40,922 nucleotides of DNA from an uncultured Myxococcales bacterium (GTDB taxonomy: Bacteria > Myxococcota_A > UBA9042 > CAIXZC01), in the NCBI GenBank assembly GCA_964522395.1, contig CAZFVN010000033.1:1-40922 (forward strand). Reading direction: 5' to 3'. Position 1 is the stretch's first letter. Each line of letters begins with the position of its first letter. Position numbers and translations under genes: made by a program. The notes under the pieces are model-generated. The model was not told the DNA's origin. It saw only the letters and a program-made list of their open reading frames with translations, and made no database searches. Shown piece by piece: positions 27,845-36,137 of the stretch.

Positions 27845-30804
27845 AGCGGGGTACCGTCAGGCCCGTAACGCCGGGCAACCACTCTTGTACCCGAGCCGTA
27901 GCCATCTCCAGTCCAAGCCACCACTGTGCCGCCATTTGAAAGCAAGGCGACGCTGGGTTTCTCCAAAAGCAACAAGTTAGCGACAGATGCCGTAACCGAG
28001 GCCCCATCCGGTTGTCCCTGGGAGTCGAACCGCTGCAGTCGAGTTTCATAGCCGGCCTGCGCCTCATGTCTCCAGACCACGACGCAGCCACCCGATGCAT
28101 TGCAAGATAGCCCGGCTTGCCGCTGCTCACCCACGCTCTCGGTGTTGACTTGCACATCATCGCTGACGGGTAGTCCAGTGGCCCCAAAGCCGCGAGTGAA
28201 TATCCCCCAGTTGTTGCCATCCTGGTTATTACTCTCCCAAGCCACCCTGAAGCCCGTGCCCCAACCTGACAACATCGGGTCTCGCTGGTTGTTGGCGGTT
28301 ACCTCGTTTACGAGGATCTCCTCTCCGGAAGGGTCGAAATTACCGTTGAATCTCTGTCCGTATACACCGCCGCTCGCCCCGTCCTGAAGCACACTGTTCC
28401 AAGCCACGGCGAACCCTGTGTCCAGGGGACCAACGGTCGGACCATACTGGGCCGCATAGGTGAAGGTATTCACCTGGAACTCTCCGGTGACCGCTACGCC
28501 AGTACCCTCATAGACGCGCCCGATAATACCGGTACTCGAACCGTCCTGGTCGCCGCCGCTCTCCCAGACAATCACGAAGCGGTTTCCCGGCAGTGCTGCC
28601 ACCGACGCAGTATCCTGGTCCCCCGTCACCGTGGTATTCACGACAAAGGGAGCCCCAGTCGCGTTGAGGTCGTCGCCAAATAAGCGGGCCTGGACGCCGC
28701 GGCTGTTGTCATCTATCTGATAGCCATCCCAGGCCGCTATTACACCACCGTCAGTGAGCACCGCCAAAGATGGGAGTGTCTGCCCGGCAGTCGTCTCATA
28801 GGCAATCTTCTCCGGCGCAGATGCTTCCCCTGATGGCCCGAAGAATCGGAGGTGGACGATGTTGGTGCCCTGCACCTCGGCCAGCCAGGTGGCAATGTAC
28901 CCCCCCGCGGGCACGGCAGCCAGCCGTACAGATGTCTGGTTCCCAGTGAGACTGGCAAGGACGAATTCGGCAATGTCGGTGCCGTTGCAGCCATCCCATG
29001 GAGTAGCATTGCCATCCTCACACGCCTTGCCCGGAGGTGGACACTGCCCAGCAATGCAGAATTGCCCCTCGTCACACTCGCCGCAACTCCCACCGCAACC
29101 GTCCCAGCCACATTCCAATCCCTCACAGGCGGGCTGGCAGACACAGCTTCCTCCATCGCAAACTTCTTGAAACCCGACACATTCGCCACAACTGCCCTCG
29201 CAGAGGTCGGAGCCACATTCCATTCCTTCGCAATCGGGCGTGCACACACAGAGGCCCAATTGACAATTGAACTGTTCACCCTCACAGATCCCGCAGACGC
29301 CGCCACATCCGTCGGCACCACACTCCAGGCCATCGCAAGACGGCAAGCAGTCAACACAGGCGCCCTCGTAGCAGAATTTGCCCGCGGCACCACAGTCGGT
29401 CCCGGCAACCGATGTACTGCCATCCGCTTCACACTCGCGCACCACCTCTCCCTCGCAAAAGAGGGAGGAGGGTTCGCATTTCCAAAGAAAGCAGAAGCCG
29501 GCATCGCAGTAGTTCTCCTCCGGACAAAGAGACTCGACGTAGGAATACCCGTCTGCAGAGCACTGGGCCGGCGTGAAGGCGTCGAGGCAAAAGGCCTGCC
29601 CAGCATCGCAGGCAAAGTCGACGCACTCGCCGTTGACACAACCCTGCTCCAGGTCGCTACACGATGTCGTGGTTTCTTCGCTACCGTTGGCGTTGCAATG
29701 GACCGCTAACTGACCCTCGCAAAAAGCGAGGTTGGGCAAGCACACCTGAGGCAAACACGCGCCCTCTTCACAATACTCCCCTTCACTGCATGGAGTCGTT
29801 GTGAAGCTCTGACCATCTGCTGCACAATTGCCCGCGGAGAAGTCATCGATGCAATAGACACTATCTGGCACGCAGGCCAGGTCCGTGCACTCTCCGGCAA
29901 TGCAATTCTCGTCGGAGTCAGAACAATCGGTTATCTTGGCAATTGCTCCGCCAGACTCGTCACAAACCATGCGCACGCTATCTTCACACCAGGCGGAGCC
30001 CGGTTCGCAAATGATGTCGACGCACATGGCATCGGCGCAAAACTGGTCCGCCGTACAGCTCTCGGCAATGGTGAAACCCTTGCCGCCGCTTTTGCAGATT
30101 ACGACCTGCTCATCCTGACAGAAAGTGACACCGTCCCAACAGTCATCGGTGGCACATGCCCCCTTCTTGCAGTTCTCGAAATCGGGGCAGTCACCATCTT
30201 CCAGACAGCCTACGCAAAGACCCTTACTCTTGTCGCAGACTCCCACCTCTTCGCAGTCGCTGTCCCCGCCGCAAGGATTTGTAATGTGGCAACGATTATC
30301 GCCACCGCAGAAACTACCAGGCGAACAATCCGTGCCAGAACTGCACTCAACACAGCTCCCCGTCTGCGCATCGCACTTCAACCCGCTGGGACAATCAGAT
30401 CCGCCGCCGCACGCAATGGGAGCTACGCACAAGCCGAACTCACACAGCGCTGGCTCTTCGCAGTCAGAATGGACCACACAGGTGCCACATTGGAGGAGCC
30501 CTGGGTGGCAGATCTCTCCTTCACCGCATTCCGCATCCTCGCTGCAGGATTCACCGCCGCCGCACTGGCCAGTGGCCCCGCAATTCTCCCCCTCACCGCA
30601 CTCTCCGCAACTCCCCCCACAACCATCATCGCCGCAAATACGACCCACACAATCGGGGAGACAGGCGATGTCGACCACTTCGTGGCCGATGGTGCCGTCA
30701 GCCCGGGGGTCGGTGGTGTCAGAGCTACTCGATGACGAGTTTCCGCAAGCCAGCGAAGGAACCAAGCAGAGCAGAACCAGAATATTACGCATGGGCAACC
30801 TCAC
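27835..30804 (-). CDS. Giant secreted lipoprotein (989 aa): Cys-rich region with repeated LECGxDGCGGSCGxC modules, then seven ~55-aa C-terminal repeats (probable 7-bladed beta-propeller)
   Basis: Signal plus lipobox MRNILVLLCLVPSLACGNSSSS. N-terminal 600 aa: CGDDGCGGSCGECGEG, CDGLECGADGCGGVCGIC, CEGMECGSDLCEGSCGEC, CEGLECGWDGCGGSCGEC, plus many EGF-like CxDxxC spacings. C-terminal 376 aa: seven repeats with the pattern Q..P.VA.L..GGFVV.W.S..QDGS..GI.GQRF...G...G.EF.VNT (e.g. FRVAWESNNQDGNNWGIFTRGF). The 3' end overlaps the convergent 24170 gene by 10 nt. Confidence 0.75.
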   Translation of the reverse strand: MRLPMRNILVLLCLVPSLACGNSSSSSSDTTDPRADGTIGHEVVDIACLPDCVGRICGDDGCGGSCGECGEGENCGATGQCGGGESCSEDAECGEGEICHPGLLQCGTCVVHSDCEEPALCEFGLCVAPIACGGGSDCPSGLKCDAQTGSCVECSSGTDCSPGSFCGGDNRCHITNPCGGDSDCEEVGVCDKSKGLCVGCLEDGDCPDFENCKKGACATDDCWDGVTFCQDEQVVICKSGGKGFTIAESCTADQFCADAMCVDIICEPGSAWCEDSVRMVCDESGGAIAKITDCSDSDENCIAGECTDLACVPDSVYCIDDFSAGNCAADGQSFTTTPCSEGEYCEEGACLPQVCLPNLAFCEGQLAVHCNANGSEETTTSCSDLEQGCVNGECVDFACDAGQAFCLDAFTPAQCSADGYSYVESLCPEENYCDAGFCFLWKCEPSSLFCEGEVVRECEADGSTSVAGTDCGAAGKFCYEGACVDCLPSCDGLECGADGCGGVCGICEGEQFNCQLGLCVCTPDCEGMECGSDLCEGSCGECVGFQEVCDGGSCVCQPACEGLECGWDGCGGSCGECDEGQFCIAGQCPPPGKACEDGNATPWDGCNGTDIAEFVLASLTGNQTSVRLAAVPAGGYIATWLAEVQGTNIVHLRFFGPSGEASAPEKIAYETTAGQTLPSLAVLTDGGVIAAWDGYQIDDNSRGVQARLFGDDLNATGAPFVVNTTVTGDQDTASVAALPGNRFVIVWESGGDQDGSSTGIIGRVYEGTGVAVTGEFQVNTFTYAAQYGPTVGPLDTGFAVAWNSVLQDGASGGVYGQRFNGNFDPSGEEILVNEVTANNQRDPMLSGWGTGFRVAWESNNQDGNNWGIFTRGFGATGLPVSDDVQVNTESVGEQRQAGLSCNASGGCVVVWRHEAQAGYETRLQRFDSQGQPDGASVTASVANLLLLEKPSVALLSNGGTVVAWTGDGYGSGTRVVARRYGPDGTPLYH

Positions 30805-30980
30805 GATTTCTAAACCGGGACTACTGTGAATCTACTGGATATATAGCCGAATGGCAATCTGGAACCGTCTAGCGCTTGGACGGACGGTGGTCAGTTGGCT
30901 GAGGCGGCCATATGTTGTAAGGGCGCAAGGTGCGCTTACCATCCGCCACTACCCATTGCGTACGCGCCGGAGAATCCGGT

Positions 30981-32312
30981 ATGCTACCGGCTCATGGAGG
31001 TTTTGGGACCGTGACTCGTACAACCGTCAGCCTGGTAATCGCATCGCTTGCCCTTATGCTCCCTGGTGGGTGCATCGATGTCGCTTCCGAACTGGACCGG
31101 CGCAGTGACGTTATCACCGGTGCCGTTTCCAACAAACTGCCTGTCGATGCTGACGAGCAGGTCGCCGACGTTCCGCTTCTTGATGCCCTGGCCATGGATG
31201 CCACAGTCGATGGCAGCGACACGGATTCCGCCGACGTTGCCGATGGTATCGACGAAGTCGGTGACCTGGGTAGTGACCTCCTTGATGCAAGTGAAGTCGA
31301 CCAATGCGAGCCGCAATGTGATGGGCTTGAGTGCGGGCCGGACATGTGCGGTGGCGCCTGCGGCTTCTGCCCCGGAGATGACATCTGTACCCTCGGTCAG
31401 TGCAAGTCCTGCAAATCGGATTGCGATTTTAAGGAATGCGGGCCCGACGGTTGCGGCGGTTCGTGCGGACTATGTCCATCCAAGTTCAGTTGCGTATCGA
31501 GCATCTGCAAAGCTCCGGCGTGCACCGACGAGGAGCTCCTCTATCTTGAGGATTTCGGGTCCTGCTCACAGGGCGACTTTGGGATATTCGATTCTAATAC
31601 GGAAGACAATGTCACCTGGTGGTCGCTCCCTTTGCAATTCAGCAGCCCACCCTGTGCTCTCTACATGGGTGATCCCCAAACCATGTCATATGGCACGGGG
31701 TCTGCTATTCAGCTTGAGCTGCTCTCACCAATCTTCGAACTGCCGGCCGACGTGGCCCTCCAGCTAACCTTTCAGCTACAGATGTTCACCGAAGTTCTAC
31801 CATCGCCTCTCTATCCCTACGACCACGATGTGCTCTTCCTCTATTATGAGCCTGAGCCCGACCCGGACCCCGAGCCTCTCACAGTAGAAGTCTGGTCCAG
31901 CAAGACGACCCTGAACACAACGGGAGGGGAGATGCTCCCCATGGCCATCGACCTCTCTGCCCACGGGGGCACCAGCGGCCGCTTTCGCTTCGTCTTCGAT
32001 ACCTTGAACTCCATCGACAATGACAACATGGGTATCTACCTGGATGATTTCTCAATCGCCACCATTTGCCCCTATTGCAAGGTTGACGAAGAGTGCCTCG
32101 ACGAGGATCCTTGCACCGTCGAAACATGCGTCCATTTCTCGAATTTCCCGGACATCGGTACGTGCTTCATTGAGCCAGTGGAAGATTGCTGCCTTGACGA
32201 TCCCGAGAATTTCTGTGACGACAGTGACCCCTGCACAGTGGAAATCTGCGACCCGGATTCTGGAACCTGCTTCTACGAAAGCATCCCCAACTGTCCCCCC
32301 GACCCCAGCTGA
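30981..32312 (+). CDS. Secreted cysteine-rich protein sharing the ECGxDGCGGxCGxC module with the divergent neighbour, plus C-terminal DxDPCTVExC repeats
   Basis: The ATG at 30981 has GGAGA 7 nt upstream, and the ORF is open to 30930. Signal-like VSLVIASLALMLPGGC. Modules CDGLECGPDMCGGACGFCPGDDIC and CDFKECGPDGCGGSCGLCPSKFSC. C-terminal CLDEDPCTVETCVHFS...CDDSDPCTVEICDPDSGTCFYES. Confidence 0.65.
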   Translation: MLPAHGGFGTVTRTTVSLVIASLALMLPGGCIDVASELDRRSDVITGAVSNKLPVDADEQVADVPLLDALAMDATVDGSDTDSADVADGIDEVGDLGSDLLDASEVDQCEPQCDGLECGPDMCGGACGFCPGDDICTLGQCKSCKSDCDFKECGPDGCGGSCGLCPSKFSCVSSICKAPACTDEELLYLEDFGSCSQGDFGIFDSNTEDNVTWWSLPLQFSSPPCALYMGDPQTMSYGTGSAIQLELLSPIFELPADVALQLTFQLQMFTEVLPSPLYPYDHDVLFLYYEPEPDPDPEPLTVEVWSSKTTLNTTGGEMLPMAIDLSAHGGTSGRFRFVFDTLNSIDNDNMGIYLDDFSIATICPYCKVDEECLDEDPCTVETCVHFSNFPDIGTCFIEPVEDCCLDDPENFCDDSDPCTVEICDPDSGTCFYESIPNCPPDPS

Positions 32313-32359
32313 AGCCTCCTCATCTTCCACCTCGTCTTTCCTCCGCCTCAGGCCACGCC

Positions 32360-33100
32360 TTACCCCAACGCAATCCCCAACTCCCGCAAGCCATCGTCTG
32401 CCAACTTTGCCCAACCACGGTTAGCGAGCGGCGATGCCGGGCTAGGGTGGGGGATGGAGCCGATGGATACGTCGCAATCAGCCAGTGCGGTGCGTGCTCG
32501 ATTCAGCGCGAATTTGCCAATACCCACGACCCAATTCGGCTGCAGTACAGCTATCGTCGATCGCAGCGCGTCATCGCAGGCAGCCAGCAATGGCTCTCGC
32601 TCCGCTTTCCTTAACTTGTCTGGCGTGAAATTGCGACCACTTGCCTCCAGAAACGCAAGCGGACAGTAGTTGGCAATGAAGAAGCGCCCAAAGAAGTTCT
32701 CAGGAGTACCGAACCGGTCCCTTGCCCAATTCCAGACCCGCCGTCCACTCACCTCACTCCGAGAGCAATCTAGCCCCTCAACTGGCCGCTTCGGATGCTC
32801 GCTGTCGGGCTTCCCGATCGGTTCGTTGAGAGCGAGCCAGTCACGCACCGCTGAGACCTCACCAAAGGGGATTCCAGTCTGCACCATTCCCCAAGGTCCG
32901 GGGTTCATCCCGAAGAGAACGACTTCCTTCGGACCGTGCCCATATCGCTCCAGAAATCTATCCCACATGGGGCGCGCATAGAGCAGCGGATTGTAAGTCT
33001 GCGTCACGGGCGGGCCAAATCTCAGCGGTGCCAGTTCCTCCAGGAGCCTGTCCGTGATCTCAGCGAGTGTCCCAGATGTTTGGCCTCTCGTCATCGGCAA
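32360..33100 (-). CDS. SMUG1-family single-strand-selective monofunctional uracil-DNA glycosylase
   Basis: Near-identity to the SMUG1 signature motifs: VVLFGMNPGPWGMVQTGIPFGEVSAVRDWL, HPKRPVEGLDCSRSEVSGRRVW, GRNFTPDKL, and HPSPASPLANRGW (the vertebrate SMUG1 equivalents are GMNPGPFGMAQTG and HPSPRNPQANKGW). Confidence 0.85.
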   Translation of the reverse strand: MPMTRGQTSGTLAEITDRLLEELAPLRFGPPVTQTYNPLLYARPMWDRFLERYGHGPKEVVLFGMNPGPWGMVQTGIPFGEVSAVRDWLALNEPIGKPDSEHPKRPVEGLDCSRSEVSGRRVWNWARDRFGTPENFFGRFFIANYCPLAFLEASGRNFTPDKLRKAEREPLLAACDDALRSTIAVLQPNWVVGIGKFALNRARTALADCDVSIGSIPHPSPASPLANRGWAKLADDGLRELGIALG

Positions 33101-33210
33101 TCCCTCCTCTCAGCCTACTGACAACCCTAGCCGCCTCGCCAGCCCCACGCAACCCCGCCGGCGCTTCCGCTTTCATAAGGTTGACGGAGTGCTATTTAGG
33201 CAGGATAATT

Positions 33211-35199
33211 GTGCGACGAGACGAAACAACAGCTTTTGGCAATCAATGGAGCACCAGCAAAGTGAAGACCTGCGTCACCTGCAAGAGCACACACGCAAGA
33301 GGTCTCTTCTGTGACCACGGTCACGTGCTCAAAGACGAGGAGAGCGAAGACATTCTTCTCGGCCGCGTATTGGAGGAGCGCTACGAAGTGCGCGCGGCAC
33401 TGGGCGGTGGCGGCTTCGGCATGGTCTATCTGGGGGCACAACTACGCCTCGAGGACCGCCCCTGCGTTATCAAGGTAGCCCGCCCGGAGTTGGCGCAAGA
33501 TGCCCAGTTTGCAGCACGATTCCAGCGCGAAAAGAAGGCGCTAATGGCCCTCCGCTCCCGCAATACGGTTCAGATTCTGGATTATGGTCGCACCGATGAT
33601 GCTATCGACTACATCGTCATGGAGTTCATCGAAGGCGACGAACTCGGTCGTCTCCTTCGGCGCAGCGGACCAATGCAGCCCAGCCGGGTTATTTCCCTCG
33701 CCAGAGGAATCTGCAATTCGCTCATTGAGGCGCATGGCGCCGGTATCCTCCACCGCGATCTGAAACCGGGGAACGTCATGCTCGTTGACCTCGGCACCTC
33801 AGAACTCGTAAAAGTCATTGATTTTGGCATCGCCCGACTGGCTGGGGGGGAGGCCGATGGAGACTTTCGCACAGCTACCGGAGAACTACCTGGGACGCCC
33901 GCATATTCGCCCTACGAACAGTTGATCGGCCAAACCCAGAAGGTTGACGAGCGGGCCGATATCTACTCTTTTGGTGCCATCCTCTATGAAGCTCTGACGG
34001 GCGTCGTGCCGTACGGCGACCGCATTCGCAATCGGGACTACGATTCCAGTACCCTCTATTTTCTTGCGCTGGCGCAGGCCAAGGGGGGAGAAGCTCCTAC
34101 TCCGCCAGGCGAGCTCATCACGGCCCCCATTCCCCCGCCTCTGGAGCAACTCGTTGTCTGCATGCTGCACAAGACGCGAGAGGAGCGACCCGCCAGCGCG
34201 CAAGAGGTCCTCGATATCCTCCAACGCGTTGAGCGTATCAATGCCACAGGAAGTTCCACCATTGAGGCTGATGAGACCGTCATTGCCCCCCTTAGCGAGG
34301 CCGGATCAATTGCCGCTGCAAGTAGTCCCTCAGCGCCCACCCCTGGGGATGAAAGTGAGACCCCCGACAGCGACGCCGATGAGTCACCAACCGCCCCGCC
34401 CGACGCTCCCAGTGAGCAACCACCCACCGCATCCCCCGATGTTGACCTTAATACGCGGCCTCGCGCAGGAGTCGGTAGGGGAATCCTCTGGGGCGGCGGA
34501 GCAACTATTACGGTTCTTCTGGTAGTCCTGGCCTTCCTCCTCTTCGGGCCGCAATGGAGCCAAACCGATGCCAATGGTCCACAGCCACCCGGACCCCAGA
34601 AAGAGGAGCCCGTTTCAGCAAATCCCGCAGGCATCACGAAGGGTCGGGATGTGATCTTACGTCCGGATGTGATCGCACGAGCTGATCTCGCGCCGGCTGA
34701 TTTGTCCCTCCCGCTGCCCGATCTGACAGTGGTGGACGAGAAGAGTCCACCGGAGGTGACCAGGGTTGTACGGGCAGACCTCCAAAGGGTGTCTGACCTG
34801 CGCCGTACCGACATTCCCCTGACTGACGTTGACGGAGCTCCCCAGGACATGGCAGTACCACCATCTGAGGACCTCAGATCCGCACCTCCGGAGCAACCGT
34901 CCCCCGAGCAGTTGCGCAATGCGCGCAAGAAGCGTGAAGAGCGTCGGAAGAGGAAGCAGGAGGAGCGTCGCAGGATGGAAGCCGAGAAGCTCAAGAAGGA
35001 AGTTAAGGAAACGCCAAAGGAGGTGGAGGAGCCATCGGAAACCGGCAACAAGGAGACGTCGGACAAGGGGGGCGCCAGCACCGCTGTAGAGGGTGCAGAA
35101 GAGAAGAAGGTGGAAGTGAAGAAGGAGGATCCCAAGGCGCCGGTGGAAGAGAAGAAGGCACTTCATGAGCGCTTGGATTTCATGGGTGACAATGAATAG
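33211..35199 (+). CDS. Membrane Ser/Thr protein kinase (Hanks-type): N-terminal Cys/His zinc-ribbon-like motif, kinase domain, Pro-rich linker, one TM helix, K/E/R-rich low-complexity C-terminal region
   Basis: The GTG at 33211 (AGGA + 5 nt) avoids the 34-nt overlap with SMUG1 that the track TTG start (33067) would create. CVTCKSTHARGLFCDHGH. Kinase motifs GGGGFGMVY, VIKVAR, HRDLKPGNVML, DFGIAR, GTPAYSPYE. TM helix ILWGGGATITVLLVVLAFLLFG. Tail RKKREERRKRKQEERRRMEAEKLKKEVKE... Confidence 0.85.
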   Translation: MRRDETTAFGNQWSTSKVKTCVTCKSTHARGLFCDHGHVLKDEESEDILLGRVLEERYEVRAALGGGGFGMVYLGAQLRLEDRPCVIKVARPELAQDAQFAARFQREKKALMALRSRNTVQILDYGRTDDAIDYIVMEFIEGDELGRLLRRSGPMQPSRVISLARGICNSLIEAHGAGILHRDLKPGNVMLVDLGTSELVKVIDFGIARLAGGEADGDFRTATGELPGTPAYSPYEQLIGQTQKVDERADIYSFGAILYEALTGVVPYGDRIRNRDYDSSTLYFLALAQAKGGEAPTPPGELITAPIPPPLEQLVVCMLHKTREERPASAQEVLDILQRVERINATGSSTIEADETVIAPLSEAGSIAAASSPSAPTPGDESETPDSDADESPTAPPDAPSEQPPTASPDVDLNTRPRAGVGRGILWGGGATITVLLVVLAFLLFGPQWSQTDANGPQPPGPQKEEPVSANPAGITKGRDVILRPDVIARADLAPADLSLPLPDLTVVDEKSPPEVTRVVRADLQRVSDLRRTDIPLTDVDGAPQDMAVPPSEDLRSAPPEQPSPEQLRNARKKREERRKRKQEERRRMEAEKLKKEVKETPKEVEEPSETGNKETSDKGGASTAVEGAEEKKVEVKKEDPKAPVEEKKALHERLDFMGDNE

Positions 35200-36136
35200 A
35201 ATGTGTCGGATCTTACACACGCTGCTGGTTTGCAGTTTCTTGTTTGGCTCCACGACTGTGCGCGCCCAGTCGACTCCCGAGGAACGCGCCAAGGAGTACT
35301 CGGCTCAAGGTCTAGCGGCGGTTGACAATGGGGATTTTCTTGGTGCCGTAGAGGCCTTCAAGAAGGCCTACCGGACCGACCCCAAGGCGAAGTACCTCTT
35401 CAACATCGGGCGAGCTTATCATGTGATGGGGAAGTTTAGATTAGCTCTCGACTTCTACGAGCGCTTCCTACGTGAGAACAAGTCCAGGCAGAAGGCAAAA
35501 AGGGGGGCCGAAATCGTCGGTGAACTCCGCCGACAAATGGCTCGCCTGACGATTATGGTGACCACGCCCGACGCCTCGATCTCAGTGAATGGGGACCTCG
35601 AGGTCTGCTTCCTCAACGCCCCCTGCATGCTCGACCCCGGTGAACACCATGTGGAGGTGCGTGCCCCCGGATTCGCCCTCGGAAAGCGGCATTTTCGCCT
35701 GGAGGCAGGAGAGACGCGCATTGAGAGTATTGAACTCGTTGCCGAGGACTTGCCGACACGCAATGGGGCCATCTGGCGCTCTGCTCTCTTTCCCGGAATG
35801 GGGCAGTATTACGCCGACAACGACACTACCGCCACCTTCTTCCTGACCAGCGAGATTGTCTTGCTCGCAACCATGACCGCGGGAGTCATTCTGGAGCAAT
35901 ACTACATCGTACGGCGAAAGAATGACGAGGGCGGCAACTTCAGGGACTGGGACCCCTATCTGGATGCCTCACACTGGACCTGGGTGGCAAGTCTAACAGC
36001 CGCCAGCACTCTCTGGGCCGTGAACATTGTCCACGCCTGGGCTATGCCGATGCCATTAGAGCCAGTCACCACCTGGAATCTCGTGCCAACCGCTGCCCCG
36101 GGGGAGGCTGGATTGTCGTTTATGCTCTCTTTTTGA
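35192..36136 (+). CDS. Secreted TPR-like / PEGA-domain protein with a C-terminal membrane-associated region
   Basis: Signal peptide MNRMCRILHTLLVCSFLFGSTTVRA-QS. TPR-like helices (AVEAFKKAYRTDPKAKYLFNIGRAYHVMGKF). PEGA-type beta domain (ASISVNGDLEVCFLNAPCMLDPGEHHVEVRAPGF). A C-terminal hydrophobic, Trp-rich segment. The start overlaps the kinase stop by 8 nt. An ATG at 35201 is the alternative. Confidence 0.6.
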   Translation: MNRMCRILHTLLVCSFLFGSTTVRAQSTPEERAKEYSAQGLAAVDNGDFLGAVEAFKKAYRTDPKAKYLFNIGRAYHVMGKFRLALDFYERFLRENKSRQKAKRGAEIVGELRRQMARLTIMVTTPDASISVNGDLEVCFLNAPCMLDPGEHHVEVRAPGFALGKRHFRLEAGETRIESIELVAEDLPTRNGAIWRSALFPGMGQYYADNDTTATFFLTSEIVLLATMTAGVILEQYYIVRRKNDEGGNFRDWDPYLDASHWTWVASLTAASTLWAVNIVHAWAMPMPLEPVTTWNLVPTAAPGEAGLSFMLSF

Positions 36137-36137
36137 A

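Noticed and set aside
21295-32360. A possible genomic island integrated at the tRNA-Ser/tRNA-Arg locus (tRNAs followed by ~10 kb of accessory secreted-protein genes).
   Set aside because: There is no integrase, recombinase or transposase anywhere in the window. I could not find a direct repeat of either tRNA 3' end downstream. tadA, a core gene, lies between the tRNAs and the accessory genes. A systematic search for an att-site repeat would be needed to exclude it fully.
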